Made by a program: the position numbers and the translations under genes | Shown: one piece after another, positions 30,348 through 39,194 of the stretch | How the letters are laid out: the number at the start of each line of letters is the position of its first letter | Numbering within the stretch: the stretch's first letter is position 1 | From: a virus | IMG/VR virus record: IMGVR_UViG_3300030061_002247 | Location: 1-64,000 of that record | DNA: 64,000 nucleotides | Reading direction: 5' to 3' (one strand) | The notes under the pieces: generated by a model | Databases searched by the model: none | What the model was told of the DNA's origin: nothing | Seen by the model: the letters and a program-made list of their open reading frames with translations, nothing else

Positions 30348-31093
30348 GCCTCGTTCTTGATAACGAGGAAACTGTTGTCTTGTTGAATGAACAAGAAGGT
30401 GTTTTCCCCCATATGCAGAACGGCACTCCCCTCGTCTAGAAGAGATGTACAGTCCATCAGCCACTTCCCGAACTTAGATTCAAACCTCTGGTTCGGGCCT
30501 TCTACATCTGTCAACTCGATGTCGATTGTCAATTGCATAGTGCCTTGTTTGCCTGCCCTGAGGAAGAACTCATTCTCCTCTGGGTGTAAAGATATCATGA
30601 AGTTAGGATATGCGAAGAAGTTCTTGAAACTAGATACCGACTTCAGGTTGGTTATGTCTATCGTTCCATGAGCCTCTAACTGCTTGTCCTTGTATGTGGT
30701 GAACATGCTCTTCTCCGTCTGCTTGAGAATCTTCTCAACGAACGGGACTTTGGAATAACTGTTGATGCTACTCATAGTGGGTACTTTCAAGGTCATGGAG
30801 TCGCACTTGACTGTGAGTTGCTTACCCATGTCCTGTTGGGTGAATACTACCTTAGCACCCTTGGCCTTCTTACAGAACTGCACCACCTTCTTCAGGTCGG
30901 ATATCCCTAGGTTGCCCTCACTCTTGACATCATCATGTGGTACTAACATGTGCCTGCGTAGGTAATGCGTGTCGTATGCGATAGTACCAGTCAACCTAGC
31001 ACCCGCTACCATCACCAGCAGGTCTTCCACATTCTCACCAAACGATGAGAGGAAGGCTAACGCCTTCTTCCTATCAAGAGTCACGTGTGTCAT
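30344..31093 (-). CDS. Divergent PCNA-like sliding clamp
   Basis: About 250 aa with a two-domain alpha/beta pattern (ISDLKKVVQFCK; FGKWLMDC..L), adjacent to polB, with RFC nearby. Sequence signature is weak. Confidence 0.55.
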   Translation of the reverse strand: MTHVTLDRKKALAFLSSFGENVEDLLVMVAGARLTGTIAYDTHYLRRHMLVPHDDVKSEGNLGISDLKKVVQFCKKAKGAKVVFTQQDMGKQLTVKCDSMTLKVPTMSSINSYSKVPFVEKILKQTEKSMFTTYKDKQLEAHGTIDITNLKSVSSFKNFFAYPNFMISLHPEENEFFLRAGKQGTMQLTIDIELTDVEGPNQRFESKFGKWLMDCTSLLDEGSAVLHMGENTFLFIQQDNSFLVIKNEA

Positions 31094-31094
31094 A

Positions 31095-32111
31095 TCACAG
31101 ACTTCCATCGTATAGTTCAGGTAGTCCAAGGAAGACAGCGGGCTTACCCACTTCAGTCACTAAGACTGTCCTCTTCTGTCCCTGTAGTTGTGCGTTGGTC
31201 TTACACTTATCGAACGTAGCAGTGTACTCACTCTTGACTAACTTACCTGTCTCGTCATCATAAGAGTCTTCCCTGTTCATAGTGATAATCTGGAATACGA
31301 AGTTGTTGCTTGCCTTCTCCCAATCAGGCCTCCACTTAGCCGCTTCCTCGTTCTTTCCGAAAGAGTAGTTGGTAATCCTAAGATGGGTTTCCCAGAAGAT
31401 ACGTACACCTTGTTTCACTAACCCTTTACATACAGCAGTTAGTTGATGGAATCTAGTTTTACGGATGGCCCAATCCCACTGGTGGCCCACCTTCTTGTTC
31501 CAGTCTGCACTGTCGATACCATCCTTAGCCAGATTCAAATCAACGATACGCATGTTGTTTACACACACGCTGTCCCACAAATCCACACCAGTGATGTGCA
31601 CTCCCCATAGTCGAGGCCCATCATAGTCAGGTGCGTTCTGGTCCTTCGCTCTCTGCAAGGCGAACTGCATAATCTTCATGACACGGTTGTGAGTCTCTGG
31701 ATAATCATAAGCAGTCCTATCATTGGTCTGCATGACCCAAGTATCCCAACACCTAATGCGGTCATTGTCTGGATAGAAGGCACTCGCTGATGCTGAGCCA
31801 CCTCCATCGAAGTCTAGAATCTCAAGGGTATCTCCCCTCTTGGTTGCTTCCTCGTCTTTGGTGAATGCGTCAAGCACGATGGCCGACTTACCAGTGTTCT
31901 CGTGTCCAGCAATACCCACGAACATGTGGGTCTTGGGTCTGTTCTGATGCAGGTTAGTCAACTCAGCCCTCAGGTCTGCGAAGGCATCCATGTGAGCCTT
32001 CTTCGGTTGCTGAGTCATGGTTGCCTGTTGCATCGGCTGCGGTGTGTTCTGTAGTTCTAGTGGTGTGTCTTTCGACGCTTCCATCGCTTTTGCTTTACCG
32101 AATCCTGCCAT
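31095..32111 (-). CDS. RecA-superfamily/Sak4-like (AAA_24) ATPase, recombination protein
   Basis: Walker A GHENTGKS, ILDFDGG, IFWETH, C-terminal FDKCK. Confidence 0.7.
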   Translation of the reverse strand: MAGFGKAKAMEASKDTPLELQNTPQPMQQATMTQQPKKAHMDAFADLRAELTNLHQNRPKTHMFVGIAGHENTGKSAIVLDAFTKDEEATKRGDTLEILDFDGGGSASASAFYPDNDRIRCWDTWVMQTNDRTAYDYPETHNRVMKIMQFALQRAKDQNAPDYDGPRLWGVHITGVDLWDSVCVNNMRIVDLNLAKDGIDSADWNKKVGHQWDWAIRKTRFHQLTAVCKGLVKQGVRIFWETHLRITNYSFGKNEEAAKWRPDWEKASNNFVFQIITMNREDSYDDETGKLVKSEYTATFDKCKTNAQLQGQKRTVLVTEVGKPAVFLGLPELYDGSL

Positions 32112-32371
32112 CAGTCCTCACTTTCCACTTGTTGTTGAGAAGGACCTTGTATCTCAAGTAAGTCTCTCTGTAGTTGTTGGAGACTTACATTGACACCGTT
32201 CACGAATGTCTCTAGCAGCCTGATAATAATCAGTCTGTTAGCAGATTGTGCTTGTATCTGCTGTGCTGCTTCAGAGATTCTCTGTGCTTCGGCTGTCACC
32301 TGAGCCAACTGTTCTTTCAGTTCTGCGTTCATCGTTTCTACTTCTTTCTTACTCATTTTCTTTTCAGTCAT
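32111..32371 (-). CDS. Coiled-coil hypothetical protein
   Basis: Q/E/A-rich heptad pattern. Confidence 0.55.
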   Translation of the reverse strand: MTEKKMSKKEVETMNAELKEQLAQVTAEAQRISEAAQQIQAQSANRLIIIRLLETFVNGVNVSLQQLQRDLLEIQGPSQQQVESED

Positions 32372-32376
32372 TTACA

Positions 32377-33753
32377 TCACTCCTGTTTGTCTTCTTCGTC
32401 TTTCGACTTGGACTCTTCTCCTATGAACTGGGACATGTTGGTGTTACCACCCTGTGTCCTCTTTCGTATTCTTCTTGGGTCTGCGTAGATACCAAAGACA
32501 TTCATCTTAGGACTCTCTACACCATCCCTCACACTCATACCTATTCTTCCAATCACGATGATTGATGACTTCTCAGCCCAAGGTATTTCCTCATCGCCTT
32601 TTCTAGCGACGAATGGATTCGAGTTGTCATGGCATGCTCCGCTAATCCAACATGATACCTCTGCCTGTGGTTTCTCACCGTATTGGCTTTGCAGGGATAT
32701 GTTGGTTAGGTTGAGGCTGAAGTTTCTCCCAGACTCATCATACGCACTCTCCCTACCTTCTGTGGATAGTCTGCTCACACTGCCCTTTGTGAACACAATA
32801 GGGCCTGCTCTTCCAGTCTCACCGTTTATCTCGAAGGTTCTGCTACCTGTTGCATAGGCATCACTCAATGACTCAAGCGGTACATACAACTGATGGAACA
32901 AGTCGGATGCTAGGAACTTGTGTGGGTGAAGGAACTTTACCTCATCCTCATCCACGAAGTCCGTAGTGTACTCGATGTTCTCATGGAATCCTATACCAGT
33001 GCCAAGCACATCCCTGAAAGCCTCTGCTGCCTCTGGGTTAGGTGGCCTTACCTGTATTCTACATGGGTCTCCAACTTTCACGTGCATATCAGATGAATCT
33101 CCTAATGCATCAACTCTCCATAGTTTGATGTCCTTGTCGAACTCATTCTCATGGTTGCCCAAGAAGTAGTAGTTCCTACCTAGTAGTGAAGGATACATGG
33201 GTCGCCCTGTTGTCCTTCCCATGAGACAGATGTACTTCCCGTCTATCCTGATACCCATTGAAGGCTCATCTTCGATAGGGTCGTTAGTATCTACAACACC
33301 ATTGGCAGTTCGTATACCCCAGAAGTTACCCTGATGGAAATACTCACCAACGACACCGTTGTCTACTGCTTCCTTGTTGTTCATGACGAACTCTCTAGTT
33401 GCCCTGCTGACCATACCGCCCCTGCGGTCTGTCTTCTTAGCATCGACACCTACGAAGCATCCGACGAAGGGAACTGTGTTAGCCCCGCCACCTACTGTGC
33501 TTCGCCTCAACTGGATAAAGCACTGCTCTGCCCAGTCAATGAGTAAGTCCTCATCCTCTTCCATCCAGTCTTCACATGCATGTTCGCTTTCAATGAAAGA
33601 TAGGAAGTGCTTGATTACATCAGGCAACTTGTCTCCTGTTCTCTCTGCGTGCTTCTGCATGCGTTCTAGGACTCCCTCTGGTAGAGCCAGTGGATTGTCA
33701 CTTGCATTCTCGGTTACTGCGTCATACTCATATTCATTGTTTTCATCATTCAT
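32377..33753 (-). CDS. Putative ssDNA-binding (RPA/OB-fold-like) protein
   Basis: 458 aa; OB-like C-terminus (KGSVSRL...VSCWI...IIVIGRI...MNVFGIY) with acidic tail; lies between the recombinase and RFC. Confidence 0.45.
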   Translation of the reverse strand: MNDENNEYEYDAVTENASDNPLALPEGVLERMQKHAERTGDKLPDVIKHFLSFIESEHACEDWMEEDEDLLIDWAEQCFIQLRRSTVGGGANTVPFVGCFVGVDAKKTDRRGGMVSRATREFVMNNKEAVDNGVVGEYFHQGNFWGIRTANGVVDTNDPIEDEPSMGIRIDGKYICLMGRTTGRPMYPSLLGRNYYFLGNHENEFDKDIKLWRVDALGDSSDMHVKVGDPCRIQVRPPNPEAAEAFRDVLGTGIGFHENIEYTTDFVDEDEVKFLHPHKFLASDLFHQLYVPLESLSDAYATGSRTFEINGETGRAGPIVFTKGSVSRLSTEGRESAYDESGRNFSLNLTNISLQSQYGEKPQAEVSCWISGACHDNSNPFVARKGDEEIPWAEKSSIIVIGRIGMSVRDGVESPKMNVFGIYADPRRIRKRTQGGNTNMSQFIGEESKSKDEEDKQE

Positions 33754-33879
33754 GTTTCTTCATCTCCTTTATCTCATTAAGGACTGCCTTCATCGTTATG
33801 TTCAGGTTGTCTATGCTGACTTGTATGCCAAGTAGACCACCTTGTATCGTTCTATCTAGTTCTTCTATTACACCACTAT

Positions 33880-34833
33880 TCATTGTTTCACTTCCTTTCT
33901 TAATCTCGCTACGAAGTAGTCGAGGAATGCTTGGTCGCTGTCAGGCCATTCGTATATGTGTGTCATCATATCACCGTATACAGATAGCACTGTCCAGACT
34001 TTATCATCTTCATCCATGTTGAACAGGGATGATAGATTCTGATAGAAGGAACGCATCACGAAGAACCTGTCCCTTCCATTGGAAACTGCCTTGTGGAATT
34101 GAATACGCATGTCCATCCACTCGTCTGTCAAAGCAGACAGGGCGGCTTGGCTCGGCCCACTGAAGTCACTCACCCTGTCCTTCAGGGCATGCATGTCATG
34201 CATGTGTAGTGATTCCAACACACCTACTGCTGACCTCAAGTCCCCACCCATGTAGGTGACGAGCCTTGGGAAGTAGTCCTTCCACACATCGAGAACACGC
34301 TCAGGCACTCCACACTTCTGACACACGTTGGTCAGATGCTTCGCACCCTCTTCACTGTCAACTGCCTTGAACTTGTACACCACACACCTGCTCTTGATGG
34401 CAGGTCGTATCTTACTCTCATCATTGGCTGTGAATATGAATAGGCAGTTCTCTGTGCTGTTCTCTATAATCTGCCTCAATGCGTCCTGTGCGGCAGGAGT
34501 CAAACCATCAGCCTCATCAAGAAGGATGACCTTCCTGTCTGCCATGTATGGGCTAGTCTGTGCTGCCTGCTTCAGGAACACACGAATGAACTCGATGCCC
34601 CTCTCATCACTGGCGTTGCACTCATAGTAATCACAGTCTATCGCTCTGTCTAGCATCTGTCTGGCAATCACACGAGCCGCTGTGGTCTTACCCACACCAC
34701 TCTGACCAACGAAGAGCAAGGAGTCTGGATAGGAGTCGTTCGCTTTCCAGTTCAAGGCATCCTTGGTGAATGCCTGCTGTCCCACTATGTCTTCAAACTC
34801 GGTGGGTCTACCAATCTCATTCCACGACTTCAT
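33880..34833 (-). CDS. rfcS: Replication factor C small subunit (clamp loader)
   Basis: WNEIGRPTEFEDIVGQ, GQSGVGKTT, NASDERGI, ILLDEAD, AQDALR, IKSRC, GDLR. Confidence 0.95.
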   Translation of the reverse strand: MKSWNEIGRPTEFEDIVGQQAFTKDALNWKANDSYPDSLLFVGQSGVGKTTAARVIARQMLDRAIDCDYYECNASDERGIEFIRVFLKQAAQTSPYMADRKVILLDEADGLTPAAQDALRQIIENSTENCLFIFTANDESKIRPAIKSRCVVYKFKAVDSEEGAKHLTNVCQKCGVPERVLDVWKDYFPRLVTYMGGDLRSAVGVLESLHMHDMHALKDRVSDFSGPSQAALSALTDEWMDMRIQFHKAVSNGRDRFFVMRSFYQNLSSLFNMDEDDKVWTVLSVYGDMMTHIYEWPDSDQAFLDYFVARLRKEVKQ

Positions 34834-35264
34834 ACACTATTCCTCTCTTGTTCCTTTATATGAGAAAGCCCCTCATCCGCTTTTTTGACCCATTCTACGA
34901 AGGCCTCGTAGTCTCTTGGTGGTGGGTTGTCAATCACCCACTTCAGAGATAGGTAGCCTTCCTTGTCCACCAGCCTATCCTCTAACTTGAAGTGACCTAT
35001 CATAGTCATCCACTTGTTCACCTCGTCTGCTCTGCTCATCTTCTCACGGTAGGGTAAATCGAATCTCTCCAATACCTCGTTCAGAAAAAGAAAACGATTT
35101 TCAGTTTCACTTTGTTGTTGCTTTATATGTGAACGAAATGAGATGGAACGTAGTACCCTGAATCCATTTGTGGATGAGGCACTCTTCTGGATGCTGAAGT
35201 TGAACTTCAAATCAGCACACAGAAAGCCTAAACCAAACCAGAAATTATCAGGATGTAATGTCAT
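34830..35264 (-). CDS. Degenerate LAGLIDADG-fold protein
   Basis: WFGLGFLCADLKFNFSIQK....GFRVLRSISF parallels the I-CreI-type YLAGFVDGDGS..AQI.....K.QL.L.F pattern. Start uncertain (35264-35309). Confidence 0.45.
   Translation of the reverse strand: MTLHPDNFWFGLGFLCADLKFNFSIQKSASSTNGFRVLRSISFRSHIKQQQSETENRFLFLNEVLERFDLPYREKMSRADEVNKWMTMIGHFKLEDRLVDKEGYLSLKWVIDNPPPRDYEAFVEWVKKADEGLSHIKEQERNSV
34850..34870 (-). promoter_or_regulatory. Conserved viral TATA promoter motif, copy 1 (GGCTTTCTCATATAAAGGAAC)
   Basis: Ends 16 nt upstream of the rfcS ATG; one of 7 near-identical copies. Confidence 0.8.
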
Positions 35265-35268
35265 TGTA

Positions 35269-36678
35269 TCAACTCGCATGTATGAAATCGACGTATTGAG
35301 TAACGTCACTCATACCCAAGTCGTCTCTTGTTGAGACGACAAGGGCATCTGGGATTGACAGTGGGTCTTTCAATATACTGGGTACAACCACCTCTATCGG
35401 TATGATAATCTCGTCTGGTATGTCTTCCCAATCCTTGCTGGGAATGATAGTGCATAGTCTGTCCACCATACCTCGTATCGAGTTCTTCACATCACTGACG
35501 ACATCAACATCGCCCACCACGATGAAGTCATCATAACCATCAACACACGAGAGTCTTACAGACAAGGTGTCCTGTATATTTCTTACAGAGTGAAGTCTGA
35601 GAATCATCTTGGATAAGGATGACATCATAACGTAGCCACCAAACTCCAGTGGTTTGTATTCACCTATTTCTGGGAATCTTATAGCCTCATCATCTTTGAG
35701 ACTGCTAATTAGGTCAGCCATACTATCTATACGTGTTGGCTGGTGTACAACTACAGGTGTGTCTTTCGTATGCTCCTGTAGTTTAGCCAGTCTCTCTTCA
35801 AGAGTGAGCGTGTGGTATCTTGGGAAGATGGCATCGAACACGTGTATGTTGTTGCCGTCAGTCACTGTCTCCAATATCATAGGGGTGTCTGGAAGCCACG
35901 ACGAGTCAGGTGCTTGTCCGTTGGATACAATCTTTCCACTCCTGTCTCTCCAGATGAAGCGAACTCCATCCTGTTCTCTAATCACATACAACATCTTAGT
36001 CGAACCCTTGTTGGGTATTCTTTGGTATTGAGAGTTATTAAACTCAACAAGTTTGTCTATGGAATCATGTGGGTGAAAGGGTAGATACCTTCTAGGTGAT
36101 AGAGCCAGATTAGGTTCTTCATACCATCTGTCTGGTATGTCTAGACCCTGAGGGTCTTGGAATATCAAATGAATAAGTTCTGTGGCATCCTTCAGAGACG
36201 CATGTCTCTTCATCACATCAGCGTGGATGCCCTTGCTGATGCCTAGGTGTATCACGAACGCTCGTGATGTGATTGGTGGTTTGTTGGCTAAGACATGAGA
36301 CCAGAACAGTCTGGCCTCAATCTCATCCATCTTGTGTGCTGTGTCTAGCACCTTGACTGCATTCATGGATAGGCTCTCCATCATCCTAAACGCATCCTTG
36401 ACTGACCAGCCTTGTGACGTGCTGGCGTTGCTCTCCTGTGCGAGTGTGAGTGCTAGGTCGTTCTCACCTAACACATCCATGACCACATCAATGAACACGC
36501 CTACCTCTTCAGCGAAAAGCGATGCTAGTCCGTTCTTCGTCAGTAGTGCCTTCTGTGGATAAAGTAGTCTGTAAAAATCTTGGGCCGAGTTTTCATTCTC
36601 TATCTTCGAGAGCACATCTCTCTTGTTGCTTCCCTGCCTAAGTGACTCGTATAGTCTAGAGGCCTTCAGGAAGTTCAT
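35269..36678 (-). CDS. ATP-dependent DNA ligase-like protein, catalytic KxDG not visible
   Basis: Ligase-like N-terminal DBD (DLALTLA; MDEIEARLFW), IHVFDAI, LTLEERLAKL, OB-like C-terminus ending RDDLG. No KxDG motif found. Confidence 0.6.
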   Translation of the reverse strand: MNFLKASRLYESLRQGSNKRDVLSKIENENSAQDFYRLLYPQKALLTKNGLASLFAEEVGVFIDVVMDVLGENDLALTLAQESNASTSQGWSVKDAFRMMESLSMNAVKVLDTAHKMDEIEARLFWSHVLANKPPITSRAFVIHLGISKGIHADVMKRHASLKDATELIHLIFQDPQGLDIPDRWYEEPNLALSPRRYLPFHPHDSIDKLVEFNNSQYQRIPNKGSTKMLYVIREQDGVRFIWRDRSGKIVSNGQAPDSSWLPDTPMILETVTDGNNIHVFDAIFPRYHTLTLEERLAKLQEHTKDTPVVVHQPTRIDSMADLISSLKDDEAIRFPEIGEYKPLEFGGYVMMSSLSKMILRLHSVRNIQDTLSVRLSCVDGYDDFIVVGDVDVVSDVKNSIRGMVDRLCTIIPSKDWEDIPDEIIIPIEVVVPSILKDPLSIPDALVVSTRDDLGMSDVTQYVDFIHAS

Positions 36679-37052
36679 CCCAACACCTTGGTTATCAACT
36701 CTTGAAACTGCGATGACCATTCTCTGGGCCTCGGTTGAGTGCCTATCCCCAATGCCTCTTTGGTCTTGGTGGCTATCCCTCTGGAAGTCACCTTAACTCC
36801 AATCTTCTTGGACACGATGTATATGCAATCAACGAACAACGCATGTGGTGTTCTCCTGCAATCCCAGTGGGGATGCTTCTGCACCTCGTTCTGCAATAGT
36901 TCAGCGAGCACAATTACCTTCAGTGGTAGTTCAAGCGAAGCGGCAATCTTTCTCTTGCCATCATCGACGTGTGTCTCGTATGTCTGCTTGACTATCTGAG
37001 ACTTACCGATTACCTGTTCTGGTTTCCCACCCTCGTTTGCCATCTCCATCAC
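36675..37052 (-). CDS. TFIIB/TFB cyclin-repeat-like protein
   Basis: IAASLELPLKVIVLAELL......RRTPHALFVDCIYIVSKK......SRGIA matches the TFB repeat (L.LP..V...A..I.....GR.P....AA.IY.A.R......L..IA). Confidence 0.65.
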   Translation of the reverse strand: MMEMANEGGKPEQVIGKSQIVKQTYETHVDDGKRKIAASLELPLKVIVLAELLQNEVQKHPHWDCRRTPHALFVDCIYIVSKKIGVKVTSRGIATKTKEALGIGTQPRPREWSSQFQELITKVLG

Positions 37053-37381
37053 TCCTGTTCATCATCCTCACTCCTCAGTAGTTCACTCACCTTGTTGCCC
37101 ATGGCGTAGTACACATCTGCCCCATCACCATCCTTCATCACGACTCTCGCTCCGCAGTTGGTGCAATACAGTGGTATCTCGAACACATCGGATATGTTTC
37201 CCTGCACCCCACCATTCGGTGACATGTCACTCACATTACCCATACCTAACTGCCAACTGTGACCGGCTTCCATGCATTGCTCCAACTTCTGGAGTGTGTC
37301 TTTCAGGTTAGCCAGTTTCTGACCTTCCTCAATCATCTTCCTTGCCTGTTCCTCAATCTGCCTTATTCTGTCCTCAATCAT
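37049..37381 (-). CDS. Hypothetical Zn-binding protein
   Basis: Coiled coil, then C...GHSW...CTNCG. Confidence 0.55.
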   Translation of the reverse strand: MIEDRIRQIEEQARKMIEEGQKLANLKDTLQKLEQCMEAGHSWQLGMGNVSDMSPNGGVQGNISDVFEIPLYCTNCGARVVMKDGDGADVYYAMGNKVSELLRSEDDEQE

Positions 37382-37590
37382 CTTTCACAACTCCATACCT
37401 GATTCTGAAAGACAATAGCGTCTTCTGCTTTCATAGGCTTGGATGTGAATATCGTTCCATTAGACATGTGAATGTCCAGTATGGTATGCTTCTTCAGATA
37501 CTTCGACTCTACTGTGTGTGTCACTGCTGACACGTCAGCCAATCTAATACTCGTATTACCCGATGTGGTTTCTATACTCAAGTGATTCAT
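37378..37590 (-). CDS. Hypothetical protein
   Basis: Coupled ORF, 70 aa. Confidence 0.5.
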   Translation of the reverse strand: MNHLSIETTSGNTSIRLADVSAVTHTVESKYLKKHTILDIHMSNGTIFTSKPMKAEDAIVFQNQVWSCER

Positions 37591-37720
37591 TCCTCATCCT
37601 CCAATAACATCTCAGCCACAGAAAAGGCCGTCAGTATTTTCAGGTGTGCTTCCAACAGTTGTATGATGCGGTCGAGTTTCCGCTCTACTGCTGTCTCGTG
37701 TCTGTCGAACTTTCCTGCTC

Positions 37721-37978
37721 TCATTCTTCAGCAACTCCTACCTTGTGTGGGTGATGGTTGGTGACTACGTAGTGTAGTATGTCGATGATTGCATTCATCT
37801 CTGCTATGTCCACGTCATCATCGTAGTTAGCAGTACCATCGTGGTACTTGTCATCCTCCTCATCGGGGTACTGAGTATACTTCTCGATGTACTCCTCGTA
37901 GAAGTCCTCATCATGCTCCGCTATCGCCTTGATTATGGTCTGACCTATTTTCAGTCTGCTCTGCTCTTTACTTAACAT
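37721..37978 (-). CDS. Acidic hypothetical protein
   Basis: D/E-rich, 85 aa, coupled. Confidence 0.55.
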   Translation of the reverse strand: MLSKEQSRLKIGQTIIKAIAEHDEDFYEEYIEKYTQYPDEEDDKYHDGTANYDDDVDIAEMNAIIDILHYVVTNHHPHKVGVAEE

Positions 37979-38283
37979 TCAGACCACCCATCCTCATCTA
38001 TACCATCATCACTCCAGTTCACTCCTCTCAGGAGTTCTAGGATTCTGCTGTAAGGTACTCTCAGGTAGTTGGTTCTACCACAGTCATCACACTCTACTTC
38101 GATGCACGCTATTGGCTCATCCAACTTCTTACCGTTCTTCCAACCCTCGACATCTACGATACCCTCGTCTGTAATAGACCAGTTCTCATGCTCGCAGTTC
38201 CAGTACCTCTCTTCCTGTGCGGCTTCCCACGCAGCGTCTGCCCTGTATTCATCTCTTTCATCTTGTTCTCTTTCACTCATCAT
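37972..38283 (-). CDS. Acidic Zn-binding hypothetical protein
   Basis: CEHENW...CDDCG; first gene after promoter copy 2. Confidence 0.6.
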   Translation of the reverse strand: MMSEREQDERDEYRADAAWEAAQEERYWNCEHENWSITDEGIVDVEGWKNGKKLDEPIACIEVECDDCGRTNYLRVPYSRILELLRGVNWSDDGIDEDGWSEC

Positions 38284-38582
38284 ACTGATTTCACACCTCT
38301 CCTATGTTGTTCCTTTATATGAGGAAGCCTATAATCGGCTAAAAAAAGACCATTCCCTCTAGTCGTTATTTCCTCTATCTCATGCTCCTCTACAGGCTCT
38401 GCTTTCGGTTTGCTCTTGCTGGCCTTCCTGACATATGGAGTGAGTGTGTTTCGCCTGTATTGCTCTCTCCACATCACCTGTATGCACTCATCACACAACC
38501 TACCATCCTTCGCTGCTTTCTCACTAGGCTCTTTGTAGATAGCACCACAGAGAGTCTTGTCTAAGATTCGGAAGTGAATCAT
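38280..38582 (-). CDS. Hypothetical Zn-binding protein
   Basis: H..TLCG...LCDEC motif. Confidence 0.55.
   Translation of the reverse strand: MIHFRILDKTLCGAIYKEPSEKAAKDGRLCDECIQVMWREQYRRNTLTPYVRKASKSKPKAEPVEEHEIEEITTRGNGLFLADYRLPHIKEQHRRGVKSV
38309..38329 (-). promoter_or_regulatory. Conserved TATA promoter motif, copy 2
   Basis: + strand reads GTTCCTTTATATGAGGAAGCC. Confidence 0.8.
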
Positions 38583-38818
38583 TTCTCTTTCTCCTTGTAT
38601 TCAGGATGTTCTGGCTTCAACCTATGTCGTCTTCTATCTTTCATGTTCTCAAGCAACAGGAGCACGTTCTTCGCACCTGAATCCCAACGCTTGCCTGTCA
38701 CCTTGTCGTCAACCATAATCTGCTTCAAAGACTCTAGGTCTACGGTCTCAATTAATTCATTCAATATCTCAAACTCAACATGAGATACACTTGTCGCTCT
38801 TTCTTCTTTCACTTTCAC
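38579..38818 (-). CDS. Hypothetical protein
   Basis: 79 aa, preceded by a GGAGAGGTG SD-like site. Confidence 0.55.
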   Translation of the reverse strand: MKVKEERATSVSHVEFEILNELIETVDLESLKQIMVDDKVTGKRWDSGAKNVLLLLENMKDRRRHRLKPEHPEYKEKEK

Positions 38819-38909
38819 CTCTCCTTTTCATTTTGTTGTTGCCTTATAACTGTAGTTTGGGTAGTTCATATACTCTCGATGTTTTTCACTTTCATAAAAT
38901 CAGGAAAAC

Positions 38910-39194
38910 CTAAGCCACATTTTTTTCGGGCTGTCTTTCCTTCTGTTCCTGCTCATCATCATACTCGCTGATGAAGTCAACAAGTCTGGGTATGAGTTCC
39001 CTCACTTGCTCTGCTGTTAGTCTGACTCCGTGTCGTGTGTGTTGGTTCTTTCCATCTTGGACATTCATGATTCTGAAGTCCAACCAAACCTTGTCGTAAT
39101 AGTCAACACGCCTAACGGCAACGTCTCCTTTGCCGTCTTTCCATTTTCCTTCCATGCTCACTGAACGCCAGACGTGCTCTTCGCCCATCTTCAC
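38910..39194 (-). CDS. PC4/p15-like ssDNA-binding protein
   Basis: VAVRRVDYYDKVWLDFRIM....TRHGVRLTAEQVREL fits the PC4 signature (V.V..FKG...DIR......KGI.L..EQ...L). Confidence 0.75.
   Translation of the reverse strand: MKMGEEHVWRSVSMEGKWKDGKGDVAVRRVDYYDKVWLDFRIMNVQDGKNQHTRHGVRLTAEQVRELIPRLVDFISEYDDEQEQKERQPEKNVA

Noticed and set aside
20348-34833. Window being a cellular archaeal chromosome
   Set aside because: Housekeeping-like genes are divergent, packed with phage-type ORFs and tail fibres, and no ribosomal or metabolic operons are present. No integrase or att site was seen to indicate a provirus.
38914-38930. CATTTTTT(T)CGG shared with 54838-54848
   Set aside because: Only two short low-complexity copies; could be chance.
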